From the NCBI GenBank assembly GCA_020891255.1, contig BQFW01000013.1:186001-250000 (forward strand): a DNA stretch of 64,000 nt, written 5' to 3'. The number at the start of each line of letters is the position of its first letter. Positions within the stretch are counted from its first letter, which is position 1. The position numbers and the translations under genes are program-made. The DNA is from Entomortierella parvispora E1425. Taxonomy: Eukaryota; Fungi; Mortierellomycota. Below the pieces are notes generated by a model that saw only the letters and a list, made by a program, of their open reading frames with translations, was not told the DNA's origin and ran no database searches. Of the stretch, positions 1-12,564 are shown piece by piece.

Positions 1-76
1 GCGCGTTTTTTTTCGTGGTACAGGAGAAAGAATGAAAACATACTGGGCTGTTGCTTCCAAAATAATAATCGTTTAC

Positions 77-860
77 GCTGTCTGAAGCATGGGCAATGGC
101 TCCAAACCCAATGTAGGCCAAATCAGATGTATACAGAGCAATGTTGGTAGATGCGGTGGCTCCCAATGTAAAGCGAGCGACAGTAGTGGTAGAGGCCTTG
201 TTGTAGACGACCACAAAGGAGCCAGTGTTCTCACGGATGATTGAGAAAATTCCTGTGGAAGGAACATCTTGAGGCACTTGACTATTGTTTAGAACAAGAA
301 AAAAGAGTATTCGTTAATATAAAAAAAAAAAGATCAGAAAAGAGCCATCTGCATTCTTGAATAAAGTCCGACTGCACTCACGCTGGAGTAGGTGCAGAGA
401 CGCCAGTAGCAGAGATATTGATAGTTGTCCAGTTGCCGTTGTTGAGACCCAACCACTCGAACTGTCCTGGCTGTCCCTGGACGGGCCACGCGACCTGCGC
501 GTTCAAGGCCCGGCTGGCGTCCCAGGATCCAATGGGCTGAGGGGTGGCCAGGGAAGAATTTTGAGCATTGTCGAGGTAGACGTTCTCGTTAAAGATGTAA
601 AGGAAGGTGGCCGATTCACTGTCAACAGCACAGACCATGCGACTCGTGGCCAAAGGTGTAGCGGTCCTGACGGTTTGCGAGAGAGGGGCAAAGTTGACAT
701 TGGGGCTGGTGAAGTGGCCGCTGTTACTGACAGAGTACGACTGCAGGGCATAGGTGCTGTTGGCTGCAGACGCAGCGTACTCGAGTCCTACCAGGAAGAC
801 CGAGTCATCCGTGGAGGCGAGACAAGGGTATCCCAGGTTGGGGATGTTGCTCTGTGACAT
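77..860 (-). CDS. Hypothetical protein, N-terminal part; 3' exons run off the left edge of the window
   Basis: ATG at 860 (MSQSNIPNLGYPCLAS...). Exon 860-382, GT..AG intron, then exon 281-77 continues in frame (QVPQDVPSTGIFSII...AHASDS) followed by a GTAAAC donor. Beta-rich, extracellular-like composition. No family assigned. Confidence 0.7.
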
Positions 861-1850
861 GATCACGCTCTCTAGAGGAGATGGATGAAGGAGAAAGATG
901 AGATGAGGATGAAGAGTAGAGAAAGAGAAAGGGGACGAAAAGAGAAAGAGAGAAAGAAGGAATGCAATTAGACTCGAGTAGAGAGTGGGAACAGCAGAAC
1001 AGAAAAAGACAAGGAACAAAAGGCAAAGTGGGAAGAAGAATACAAAGGAACAAAGGATTGAACTGAAGGAGGGAAACAGATGGATGCCATGCAAACAATG
1101 GGACATGCCCACCCGCCCGAGACCATTGTTGTTCCTCAGCCCGAAGAGAAAGGGCTGGGCTTTGACGTGATAGTAGTCATTGTGGACACAGCGCCACCGA
1201 GGGGAGAGAGGCGGTTCTTTCGTTTAGAAGGAGATACTGAGGAGAAGAAGAGAGAAGAGAGAAGAGCAAAAGGAGAGAAGAGAGAACAAAGAGTGGAATG
1301 CCATTCCTCTGACCGACTGCAAGGAGCCAAGGTCCATCGCGGTCAAAGGGCACGCGCAAAGGAACAGACAAGCCGAAAATAGGGACTGTTGTGCCTGTAC
1401 CTGGATATTATTATTAATTATATGGAGAGGGAGTATTTTTGGAGCGGAACAGGTGAATATATGTGATGTGTGTGTACGAATGAGAGGAGGGGATGAAGGA
1501 AGTGATCAATCAGCAATGTGTGTGTGTGTGTGTGTTTGCCGAGTGGGGCCAAGGGAAGGGGGCGAGATGGAAGAGGAAGGAAGAAGATGAGGATGTAGGG
1601 ATGCGGGATGGAGAGGGAGGATGGACGCAGGGGAGAAGGAAAGAAAGAAAAGAAAGAGAACAGAGAAACGGGCACAGGGGGAGAAGCGTGTTTCTTCTTT
1701 CACTCGGTCTGAAAGGCATTCCGGCGACAGGGCTGGAGGAAGAACAGAAAGAGAGAGCACTGAGATAGAGGAAGGTGCTCTCTCGATGAATGGCTGGTTG
1801 ACTGGTTGACTTGGGTGCTCTCAATCCTTGTTTTCTCTTTTTCTCTTTTC

Positions 1851-1901
1851 TGTTGATGTTGCTGTTGCTGCTGTTGCTGCTGTTGCTGCTGCTGTTGTTG
1901 T
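1851..1901. repeat. Imperfect (CTG/TTG)n microsatellite
   Basis: gttgctgttgctgctgttgctgctgttgctgctgctgttgttg; it produces the spurious polyQ/polyL ORFs. Confidence 0.8.
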
Positions 1902-2554
1902 TCAGGGCTCACCGTCCTTTTTTTTCCTTCTCTTTTTGTTTCTCTTTTTCTCTTGTTCTTCAGATGGACAGCTCTCTCCAGGGCATGGCCCTCTTCTCTT
2001 TCTTGACTTCTTTCCTGTTGCAGAGTCAGCTCAATTCCTTTGTGGCATTGCTGTTCTCTTCGGTTCAAGACGATGAGATGATGGATGTTATGATTCTTTG
2101 CGATGATAGGTGGAGACGAGTGGCCTTGCTTTGGACTAAAGACCAGGGAAAGTAGAAACTATGAACCATGAACCATGAACTGTGAGCTTGGATAGGCACT
2201 AAGGTGGGATGCGGTAGTCAGGGAGAGGTCCCTGCTCACAGCTTTTGTCTGTGTGTGCCCATGTCTGTGGTTCTTGACCGTTGAGTCTGACTGTCTCTGT
2301 CTCTGTCTCTCGCATAGACCACCAGAGGAGGGTTTTTTTTCTTCCTTTATTTTTATTTTTTTTCATTCATGAAACGTGAAAGGGAGAACAGGATGCAAGA
2401 AAGAGATTGATCAAGTGTACAAAAGGAATTGGTATAGACACGAGGATTCTTGCTTTCTTTTTTCTTTTCTCCTCCTTCACTCCTCTCTTCCCCTACTTTC
2501 CCCTTCTCTCTCTCTCACTCTATAGAAACAAGGCAGGGTCAAACAAACCCTGGG

Positions 2555-5148
2555 TTACATGATTGAACAGGCCCCTTCTGGAACCTCACTCCACCGTTGT
2601 CCTGTAAGGGCCTCCATCTCCTCCGCCGCCTGTTCTCGACTCGAGTCCTTGCGCTTCTCCTTGATCTCCTTGGGGAAGTAGAGCTTCAAAAAGTTCATCA
2701 TTGATACATCCAGGTTGCTTGCGTCTGCCTCGACCACAGAGTTGTGTTGTCGGCACACAGGGCAATGGATCATTTTCTTTCTCTGTGCTTTGATTAAGCA
2801 CCGCACACAAAAGACATGGTTACAGTTCAGCCGAATAGGCTTCCATGCAACAGCTATAGAGATGGCGTTTCCCAGGGATCAGAAAGAAAGAGAGACAGAG
2901 ACAGCAAAAAAAAAAAAAAAAAAAAGAGAGAGCTCTGATATTAGATATCCAATCCAATGTACGTATGTTCCCATGCAAAGGTAAAGAGGAATGAAACAAC
3001 AAACTCTACTTACACATGCAGATCGGACAAGCATAGTCATCAGGCTGAGGGATGATCGACACGAGCTGACAGCCGATGGTGTACGTGAGCGATTTCGAAA
3101 TGTTGTCGTTGTAAAATGGCTCGTTCTGCAGATGCTTGGGGAATCCAGAGCTTGCCCTATGGTTTTATACCAAGTTTCAAAAAAAAGGCACAGGTTTTCA
3201 TTTAGCAAACCTGCCAACAAACAAGAGAAGTAGCAATGAAATGAAATGGACCATAATAATAACAAACAAACACGATCGCGGCAAAAAATCAACCTACGTG
3301 AGGTTGGTGCGTTTGTCGTGTTTCTTGAGAATCTTTGTCATGGCCATCTGGTTCAACTCTTTGAACTGCTTCATCGTAATGAGCTCCGAATTTAGCTGGA
3401 AGAACGTGTTGAATGCAACCTTGGACTTTGGCTGCTTGAACTTTTGTGTCAACTTGCTGCGCTCCATCTCTTTCAAGAACCACTGAAGTTGCTTTTGTGC
3501 CTTTTCTGATGATCTCGTTGACCGGTCAGACTCTTGGTCGCCCACAAACACCTGAGCATCCAGATACGTCTTGAGAATCTCTCGCCATGTGTACATGTCC
3601 TTGTTGTGGGGAGACGACACGACCGTCAGCACCTTGCTGAGATCCTCGACTTTGGCCTCAAACTCGCGCTTGTTGGACTGCTGCAGCTTGCTAAGTTGCG
3701 ACACTTCCTCACCCAACTGATCGAAAAATGCAGTATCTGCAGTCAGTTCAATAACAAGGACACTAGAGAAAACAAATGGACGTTCAAAAGCAGCTAGAAT
3801 TAGTTTGCTAGTCGGGGCAAGATCGAACTACAGTCCCAAAGAGAAAAAGTGTATGGTTTGCAACCATTCAAGACGTTACCGTTTGCCATCCTCCTCTATG
3901 GTATGGAATCGAGTGTTGGTAGGCAGAGTCGACTCTGCAGACAAGTCGGATTGAAGGGCTGCATTGCCAGGGGTGATAAGAGTCTCCATAGGTGGTTCAG
4001 TCGATGATCCAGCAGAATCGGCCAAGGGTGTTGACAATGCAGGGGAGGGTTCAGCGGCGGATGTTGGCGAGACAATGTCCTCTGGTCGGAGTGGTGGCCG
4101 CGAGAGTGGCGACGGGGCATGGGGACGAGACGACGAGACTGCGACCGTTGACGATGATGCAACTCCCGATGGGGTGATTGTGCCTGAATTAGGTCCGTGC
4201 GCAAGGAGATTGTCTTGCTGCAGAGCATTAGTCGCCGTTGCCACTGCAGCTGCAGGAGGACTAGACGTGGTCGATTCTATATCGTGTGCCTTGTCATCTG
4301 CTGACATTGTTGATGAGGAGGTCACTGTGGTCGCTGTTGCTATTGCTGTTGCTGTTTCCGTTAAAGAAGGTGGGGGGGAGGCGGCCCTTGAGCCGGCAGA
4401 TGATGTCGCACCAGACATCAGCGGGTCATCATCCGTGTCCTCTGTGCCTGCCTCCGAGGGAGTTGTTGCTTCCTCGGACACTTCAGAGACAGAGGCATCG
4501 TCCAAGAGATCCTCCAGGCTCTGTGACTCTCCTGCCGACTCTCCTTCCCCCACAGAGAGCTGTTCGTGCAGATCACTGGTCGAGGACGAGGCGGAGCTGT
4601 TGAGGAATGCGAGTTCATGAGCAAAGAGTTTTGAGAGCGGGTCATCCTGTGCAAGAGGTGCAGGTCCAAAGCTAATTCCTCCAGCGGGATCAATGTCGTC
4701 AAGAACAACCTTGATGCAGGTCTTGAGGTGACTCTTGTCATCTAGAAGAAAAAGAGTGGAGACAATGCAATGAGAACCAAAAAGGTTGAGCGATTATTGC
4801 TATCAGCACAACAAAAAACAAAACAGGAAAGGCGAGGGTGCACGGAAGGAAGGGACTCAAGGCGAGTTATGGTAAAAGAATGGGCGTTGGGCGTTGAGCT
4901 TAAGGAAAAAAAAGTCTTTCACTGAACAGCAGTAACATACCATCGAACGAGTACTCGAGACGCTGCATGTCGCCAGACATGGACTGAGAGAGAAGGTTCT
5001 TGATGATGGGCGAGGGCAGACCCCGGTCGTCGAGCTCCTTGACGATGGCGTTGATCTTTTTCTTGAGTGCTTTGTAGTGGATCACATAAGGACGCCAACC
5101 CTCGGGCATCGTCTCTGCATTAGACTCGAGCGCCTTGCCAAACTTCAT
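2555..5148 (-). CDS. SPX-RING (C3HC4) E3 ubiquitin ligase, Pqr1/NLA-like architecture
   Basis: Exons 5148-4941, 4741-3880, 3762-3298, 3156-3014 and 2853-2555 splice in frame at GT/AG. SPX start MKFGK...YKALKKKI, SPX end KILKKHDK. RING CPIC...CNH.FCVRC...CPVC. C-terminus GACSIM. Confidence 0.92.
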
Positions 5149-5832
5149 GGCGGAATAAGTGAGTGAATGGAGTGAGCAGAATGAATGATATCAGGTAAAG
5201 GATTGATGAAGAATCGGAATGGACGCAAATGATGTAATGTGGGAAGCAAGAAGAACAAGAGAAGAAAAGGGACAGCGCAGAGGGAAAATCAAGAGGACTC
5301 AGTCTCTCATGCTCTCCTCTCCTTTCTTGTCCCTTTGGATTGTTCTCCACACGCACATGGCTTAAGGGCCACATCATCATCAAATTCTCCGTTCGGATGA
5401 ACAGAAACAGGCCCAATGGTCTGTTGCCCCCCTTCTCCCTGGCTGCCCTGTGCTCAGCTCTAGAAATGCTAGAGCTTCCTGTCAGATCGACCCTGTGCCA
5501 GTCACTCGCCCTGTAGCCGAGCCAACAGAACTCGACGGGGCCAGGGCGTGCCATAATGACAAAGAGTCCAATTGGACAGACCGCACCGAAATGGAAACAA
5601 AGGATAAACATCCATTGTTGGCCTGTTTTGTGCCTCCTTTGCTCTCTGCCTATCCCAGTGGTTCTCCCGTTGATGTTGTGTGCCTCTTAGTCCCATTGAG
5701 CTTTGCCTGCCAATAGCCATTGCGAACGCAACCGGTCGCAAGAAGCTCTTGCTGTGTGTGGTGGTAGGTGTCTTTTACACTGGGAGATATATTAAGAGTA
5801 TAGTTAAGAGGGTAAGTTTACAAACACGACAA

Positions 5833-7533
5833 TTATTCTGGTCCGTCCTTGGAGATCGAATGTCGTTGGTTCGATGAGGCATCCTTGGGACTTGGTGGTG
5901 ATCTCGGAGACGGTGAAGGCGGCGTAGATGATGGGGACGATGGCGTCGGGGCTGCGTGACGACAGCCCTCGACAGCCATCAGTGGTGGTGGACCATTCCT
6001 CACGGTTGTCTCGTATGCATCACCTAGGGTAAATCCTCCATCATGTGGCAAATCGGTTGTTGATGCAGGGTCCTGACCCCGAGAGTCGCTGCTGTTGTTC
6101 CTGGGGTGATCCACAGCTGCTGCTGACTCTGATGTTCTGGACTCGTGATCCAAAGTCGTGTGCTCAAGAGCATGGTTGTCCTCCACATGCCCACTGGGTA
6201 AGCTGGGTATGTCGGTCAATGCAATATCCTCTGTACTATCGCCATAGGTCGGCAAACGCGGTCCATTATGGTACATGGGTGGAGGTTCAAACTCTGGATC
6301 CATCGCTGCCGATCTCGGTCCGTTGCCTCCTGGGGTATTCCAACGCCATCGTCCTCCTGCTGGCAAAAGACTGGGCCGTTGTACAATGATAATGGAGCCC
6401 TCGCGGCTCTCGGTCTCAGCAACAGAGCCCCGATGTTCACTACTGACGGCAAGCTCATCCACTGTTGGTCCAGTTGCGGGTCGTGGATTCTTTGATCCCC
6501 TGCAGAAAAATAGCCTCCTGAGGAATGAGCCGCCTTCTTTCCCAATGGCGGCAGATGAGAAGGAAGAGGCACGCCCTCTGGTGGATCCATTGCCGTCATC
6601 AGTCGTGTCTGTCCAGTGCCGGAGTCTCCGTCGTTTGTTTCTGTAATGCCAAAAGCCCACGCCAAGACCCACGCCAAGGGCCAAGCAACAGGTTCCGATC
6701 AAAAGACCCTGGATAAGATACTCCTTGGAAGAATATTGAGCCGCAGATCCGCCAACACCAGAAGGAGCATCGTTTGTGCCCGGAAGAGTGCCGTTGCTGG
6801 AGCAGATGCCATACTGGTCGCCAGCATTTCTCTTTACACACAGGAAGGGCGTTTCACAGTAGGAGTCGTCCTTGCAGGTGCTCAAGAAGCATGAACTTTG
6901 AGCCAGGTACTCCCAGCTGTTGCAGGTGGTGGGGACACTGACATAATCCTGGACACAGGACTGGGTATATTTCGGTGTGTCACCAAAAAGCGAGTAGTAG
7001 TTGCCAGGCCAACAGTCCGAGTTGGATCGGTTCAGCTTGCCAGAGCCGGGCGAAGGCACGGGAAGAAAGTAGACGCCGACGCAGAGTTGATCCTCACAGA
7101 GGATGGGGTCGCTGGGGTCCTGGTCTCCGTCCACGTCCGTGCAAGGGTCGGTGTCGCTGCAGAGCATGGAGGTGGGGATGCACTGGGTGTTGTGGTAGCA
7201 GGTCATACCGCTCGTGTTGTTGACCCCCCAACAGCCCGCGCACTGGGGCGGGATGGTTGGACTCGGGGTCCCTGCCGTGGTCCTGGTTGGACTGCGCGTT
7301 GTCTTTGTTGCCTTGGCCTTTTCTTCAATAATGGCCGGGAGGGCAGGGTTTGGGAGGGCAGGATCTGCGACCGCAGCCGAGACAGTAGAAACGGACAGGG
7401 ACAGGGACAGAATAAAGAGGATCGTCAGGAGAAAGAAAAAGGAGAAGGGAGAAGAAGAGGAGGAGGAGGAGGGAGGAGGGAGATCTAGTCGAGGGATGCT
7501 CTTGCCTCTTGAGGCAGATCTGGTGGGTCGCAT
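5833..7533 (-). CDS. Single-pass type I membrane protein with Cys-rich ectodomain and PY motifs (566 aa)
   Basis: Uninterrupted ORF. Hydrophobic signal-like stretch FSFFFLLTILFILSLSLSVSTVSA, 16 Cys in the ectodomain, TM YLIQGLLIGTCCLALGVGLGVGFW followed by RNKRRR, cytosolic PPPMY and LPTY. Confidence 0.85.
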   Translation of the reverse strand: MRPTRSASRGKSIPRLDLPPPSSSSSSSPFSFFFLLTILFILSLSLSVSTVSAAVADPALPNPALPAIIEEKAKATKTTRSPTRTTAGTPSPTIPPQCAGCWGVNNTSGMTCYHNTQCIPTSMLCSDTDPCTDVDGDQDPSDPILCEDQLCVGVYFLPVPSPGSGKLNRSNSDCWPGNYYSLFGDTPKYTQSCVQDYVSVPTTCNSWEYLAQSSCFLSTCKDDSYCETPFLCVKRNAGDQYGICSSNGTLPGTNDAPSGVGGSAAQYSSKEYLIQGLLIGTCCLALGVGLGVGFWHYRNKRRRLRHWTDTTDDGNGSTRGRASSFSSAAIGKEGGSFLRRLFFCRGSKNPRPATGPTVDELAVSSEHRGSVAETESREGSIIIVQRPSLLPAGGRWRWNTPGGNGPRSAAMDPEFEPPPMYHNGPRLPTYGDSTEDIALTDIPSLPSGHVEDNHALEHTTLDHESRTSESAAAVDHPRNNSSDSRGQDPASTTDLPHDGGFTLGDAYETTVRNGPPPLMAVEGCRHAAPTPSSPSSTPPSPSPRSPPSPKDASSNQRHSISKDGPE

Positions 7534-7624
7534 GGGGCAAGTCGAGAGGTCAGCGACCCTGAATGCAAAGAGGAGGCAGAGAGAAAGAGAGAGAGGAATG
7601 GACTGTAATGGTGGTTAAGCAGCG

Positions 7625-7666
7625 GTGTAGGTGTAGGTGTAGGTGTAGGTGTAGGTGTAGGTGTAG
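7625..7666. repeat. (GTGTAG)7 microsatellite
   Basis: Seven perfect hexamers, about 90-130 nt upstream of the ATG at 7533. Confidence 0.9.
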
Positions 7667-8076
7667 GGGAGGGGGTGCAAGAAGGAGAAGGGAGGGAAGA
7701 GGGGGAGGTGGTGAAGAGGAGAGGGAAGCAAAGGCAGGAAGGACCTGCATGAAGAGAGAGTGCAGAGAGAGTGCAGAGAGGTGAAGAGAAGAGTCTTGAG
7801 CAAGTGAGCAGGGGTGTGCGATCCATCCATCAATTCAGTTCAATCGGGGTGCCAGAACACCCAACAGACTCGCTTTGCACATTTGCACAGAACACCACGG
7901 CAAAATGAAGTTCCCTCTTTTTTTGCATTGCTTCCCTTCCCCGCCTTCCCTGTTTGTTGTTTGTTCTGCCCTGTTCTCGCTCCAGACATTTCTCTCTAGG
8001 CTCCCTTCCTTCCTTCTTCCCTCTCTCTTCTCCCCCCTTTGCTCCCCTCAACTACGCATCAAACTCGCGTCTGCCA

Positions 8077-10446
8077 ATGGCCTCGCTTCAATCCGCATGG
8101 AAAATCACCCCGGACGAGATCCGCGTCGCCATGCGCGAGGCTGTTCATGCATGCAACGAACGCGGTCTCTACTTTTCAGGGCGATGGTATGCACCGATGC
8201 ATACCTTTTTTAGTTTTTTGACCCGTGGACCTGTTGGCTTTTTTGACTTGTGGTCTTGTGGACTTGTGAACCTGTTGACAAGAGCCTGAATTCATTCATT
8301 CATTCATTCACTCATTCATTCATTCATTCATTCATTCATTCTCTGACGCGCCATTATTTCTTTTCTTTGCTCTATTCCAGGGCCAGCGAGGCACTGACAG
8401 GACTACCGCCACTTGGTACCGGGAAACGGACTCGAAAGAGACGTGACATCACCACCCCCTGGACAGATTCGCTCTTTCTCAACTCTACCCTGGAGGCCAC
8501 GGACGAGGCCGAGGATGAGCACGACAGTTATTTGCTGGCAAAGACCTTGTTCGATCTCAAGGAGTACTATCGCGTCGCCGAGATTCTCAAGGGCCACACC
8601 AACTGCAAATCACGGTTCCTCAGGCTCTATGCGACCTATCTTGTACGCCAAAAACAATCAAATCGACCACATCATCCCTCTTTTCACTTTTATCTGATTA
8701 CTGTGCCATAACACACTCTTTACATCTTAGGCTGGCGAGAAACGGGAGCAGCAGGACAGAGGAGAGATCTTCAGTAAGGACATGACATGCGGACAAAATT
8801 ATCTCACGCTGCTTCCACCAGTATGTCCTCTTTGCTAACTGCAATGGCTCCATCAACCCGCTTATTCTTACAAAAGGCCACTTCGACAATACCATGAAGT
8901 CCAACAAGGAACTCTTTCGACTCGAGCAGGAACTCGAGGAAGGCTACGATGCAGACACTCTCGACTCCTTTTGTAAATATCTGTATGGAGTTGTGCTGAC
9001 AAAGACGCAACAAACCTCCAGAGCCCTCACAGTCTTGATCGAGTCTGTTCACCAATACCCGTACAACTGGAGCGCCTGGCTCGAAATCGCGTCCTGTATA
9101 CCCAACGAAGAATCCGTGAGTGGTGCTTTTTCCTTGCAGCTCTCTGTCCCTACTCTCTCTTCTCGCTGTTTCTAATCGCCGCCTTGTCCGTCGCTTATCT
9201 GGTGCAGGCGTATTCCATCGTGGATCAACTCCCTGTCAGTTTTATGACGAGTTTTTTCTTACTCCATGCAACTGTCGAAGATCCTGTCCGTCAAGACGAC
9301 TTTGAGGCGAGCTGGACAGAGTTATCAAAGCTGTTCCCTAACAGTGCCTATGTACAATGCGAATGGGCGCGCTATCTGAACAATGTGCAGGCTGCAGACA
9401 TGTCCGTCGAAAAGTTTGAGCAGCTCTTGAAAGATCACCCTTATCGACTGGACTATATGCAGGATTATTCGGATGCCTTGTTTGTGACAAAGAAGTACGA
9501 CCAGTTGAGCCATCTTGCCCGATACTGTGCCCAGGTTGACCCCTTCCGACCAGAGACATGCTTTGTCATAGGTAGCTAGCAGGCTTCCCTGGTTTGTTGT
9601 TTAGTGTATCAATGCAAATGGTGTCTGATGGATGCTCGGGCTTCTCAACATAGGAAATTACTACACAGCCAAAGGAGACCACGAATCGTCATTGGTTTAC
9701 TTCAAACGAGCTGTTCGGTTCAACAGGGGATTCTCAAAAGCCTGGACCTTGATGGGTCATGAATACATGGAGATCAAGAACGCTTACAGTGCTGCTGAGG
9801 CCTTCCGTCGAGCTATCGGTAAGATTGGCAAGGACAACAAGGAGCTGAGAGATGTGGTTGGCGATGGCACTGGAAATCAGTATGGACAATCTAACACGTC
9901 CTTCTATTTCTAGATTTAAATGTTCGTGATTTCAGAGCTTGGGTCGGACTTGGTACTGCTTACGAAGTCGCACGGATGCCGCATGTTGCCTGCCAACATT
10001 ACCGTCGAGCCTGTGCGATTCGACCTCTGGAAGCCAGTCTATGGATTCGAGTGGCTGACATGTTGGTCATGATCGGGGACGAAAGTGCGGCCATGATCTG
10101 TTATCAGCAAATTCTGGAGCTCGACAATCAAGGCGCTCAAATCCAAGCGCTCAAGGTCCTACCAGGACTCTATTCCAAGGCGGGCGATATTGAAACGGCG
10201 GCTCGTTATTATGAAATGAGTATACCAATGCTCAGCGATCAGGATTCGGAATCGAATGAACTGGCGAATGCCATCATGTTTTTGGCGAGGTATGAACGCG
10301 ATCGGGAGAATATCGAAAAGGCTACTCGATACGCGAATCAGGCCTTGAGTGTCCCGACGGTTCGACATCAGGAGGAAGCAAAGATCTTGCTGCGGGAGAT
10401 GGGAGTCATGACAGGGAGCAGTGAATTAGAACATGACATGACTTAG
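8077..10446 (+). CDS. CDC23: Anaphase-promoting complex subunit 8 (TPR protein)
   Basis: Multi-exon. N-terminus ...CNERGLYFSGRW|ASEAL, YLLAKTLFDLKEYYR, YPYNWSAW, VDPFRPETCFVIG|NYY, KAWTLMGHEYMEIKN, DFRAWVGLG, all typical of ANAPC8/Cdc23. Confidence 0.93.
8291..8340. repeat. (ATTC)n microsatellite in CDC23 intron 1
   Basis: attcattcattc run with one interruption. Confidence 0.85.
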
Positions 10447-10667
10447 AGCAGTGTAAACTCACCCTGTTACTACAGTCAAAATACCCCCAAGCAAATAAAG
10501 CATGTCATGAGAGAAAAAGATAAAATACAGAGATTTTTTATTTACAAAAACAGGGGGCACCACACTGGTGAAAGTATGAAGAGAGGATGAGGTAGAGGCC
10601 TTCTTTGATCTCCTTTTTTCACCGTCTCTCTCTCTCAGGTATTATTACTTTGTTCCTGATAATCTGT

Positions 10668-12564
10668 TCATCGGCTGAGCTTGCGATGATTCTTCCAGAC
10701 TTTGTGGTCAATCTCTTTAAAGTTGGTATTCTTGCTCAAGTCGATCAAGTACTTTGCCAGATGATAGAGTTCCCGATCCACATGTCTTGACACAGCCCCG
10801 TTCTTGAAGGCGCCAATCTTTAGCCCAGACTTTGGATTCATTGCAAAATTACGGGACCTGGGTAATTGAAGAAGAAAGAAAAAAAATGGTTAGAAGCTGC
10901 CCAATCCAGTCAAGTTGGCTTTGTGTCCTTCATCTGTTCCGCTACTTACAAATCGTCAATGTGGATGGTGTTCTTGGCCGAGTACTGGGGGAACTTTGTC
11001 CAGATGATATCCAATGCCTTGACCTGATGTTTGAAGGGTTTGCCATCACGCTGACTCATGACCGAAAACATGGTCGAGATATCCATGACAAATGAGATTT
11101 TGTATTCCGGATGGGTCAACAATCCAATGGTCGTCACTTTGGCCTCCAGTGCTCGCCACGAGGTCTGGGACCAGATCACGATATCATAGTGCTCATAGCA
11201 GACGGACAAAAACTCGTGCAGTCCAGGTCGCATCACTTCGATCATGGGGTTGTTCAAAGCCTTGCAGTCAATCAGTGTATAGTCCAGATCCAGCACCAAC
11301 AGTTTCTTTCCTGGCCGAAGGGTGTGCATGATATTAATGTCGCACTAGGAAAAAAAAAAGGGAAAAAGAAAAAATTAGGGGTCAGGAAAAAAAAATTGAG
11401 AATTACATGCGCAGAGGCAGGCTTCTGCTCTTTTGAGGTTGATATGTACCTTGGCAATTGCCGCCTTGAGATTCTTTTGGTTTGCTGCCATGCTGGCAAA
11501 TGCCTCATCATCAGGTGTATAATCCTCGTCCAAGTCATTGAGTACATCTGGCATCGTCTCTGGTGCCTTGATCACTTTTGCCTCCGGTGTGCCTATTTCC
11601 AGAATCTCATATGTCAGCCGTCTCCTTCGCAGAGCTCGATACCCTTCATCCCATAGAGCTGAACATTAACATACCCATCATCAAAAACGTCTGGTTGTCC
11701 TTGAGTGACAACGAAGAGAGTACAACATGATCCTCCTAGATGCGATAGAGTAGTGTTAGATGAAGGAGTGAGGGGATTGGTCGTTTGACAGATATGCCTT
11801 TCCTGCCATTGCATGTTTCACACGGATGCCCTGTCCAATGGTTTCTTACCGGCAGCTTTCCTCTGACGAGCATCAGCTTTTGTCGCTTTGGCTCTACATT
11901 CGTGAGCTCCATCTACCAGTCAAAACAACAAACAATTGTCAGCTTTTGGGAACTGCTTCCAGTCAAAAATCCATGCAAACCTCAATGAAGACATACAAGC
12001 TTGTTCTTTAACTCCCCAATGGTATAATCCAAATCCACTTCGAAAGGCAGCTTTTTCCCGTTCCTTGAGGAGGAAGAACAAAGAAAAAAGAGATGGAAAC
12101 TCGGGTTAGCACCATTTCCTTTCTCAAGTTTTTTTTCTTTTTAGTCCGAGACAGCGGTTCGTTGGCTTCAATTCTCACCATTGTGCTGTGAGGGATATAA
12201 CTCTCTTGTTGTTCTGGTTCAGTTGTTCGACTTCTGTGGCAGCCTCTGTGGTTTCCATGGCAGTTGATGGGGCTGCATTCAACAAGCTGCTGCAGCTGGT
12301 AACGGGATTGGAAGTTGACAATGATGGTTCGCTGAATGCGTCCGATGGCAGACCGATGGCAAGTCCTCCGGGCTTTCCTGTCCTGTCCTCTTCGACGTGG
12401 TCCATTGGCTCTGTTGTCTTCGTGGAGACGGACGCCTTGGATGGCATGGAGGCTGTCATTGATTCCTTGTTTGTCTCCACAACAGTCTGGGTGTCGACTG
12501 CAGCCGTCTCAGGCATGACACTGTCCGTGGTGGAATTAACGCCTGCGCTCTGGTTTGAAATCAT
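10668..12564 (-). CDS. UBLCP1: Ubiquitin-like domain-containing CTD phosphatase 1
   Basis: Spliced Ubl domain (RVISLTAQW|NGKKLPFEVDLDYTIGELKNKL|..ELTNVEPKRQKLML), HAD motif KKLLVLDLDYTL with intact DxDxT, RPGLHEFL, IHIDDL|SRNFAMNP. TGA at 10670-10668. Confidence 0.9.

Noticed and set aside
1700-2155. PolyQ and polyL ORFs (1700..2068, 1811..2155)
   Set aside because: Products of a CTG/TTG microsatellite and purine/pyrimidine-skewed intergenic DNA; no ATG context or family motifs.
3964-4620. Long antisense ORFs such as 357..857, 3964..4620, 27018..27527 and 46573..47316
   Set aside because: Shadows of genuine genes on the opposite strand; no independent coding signal.
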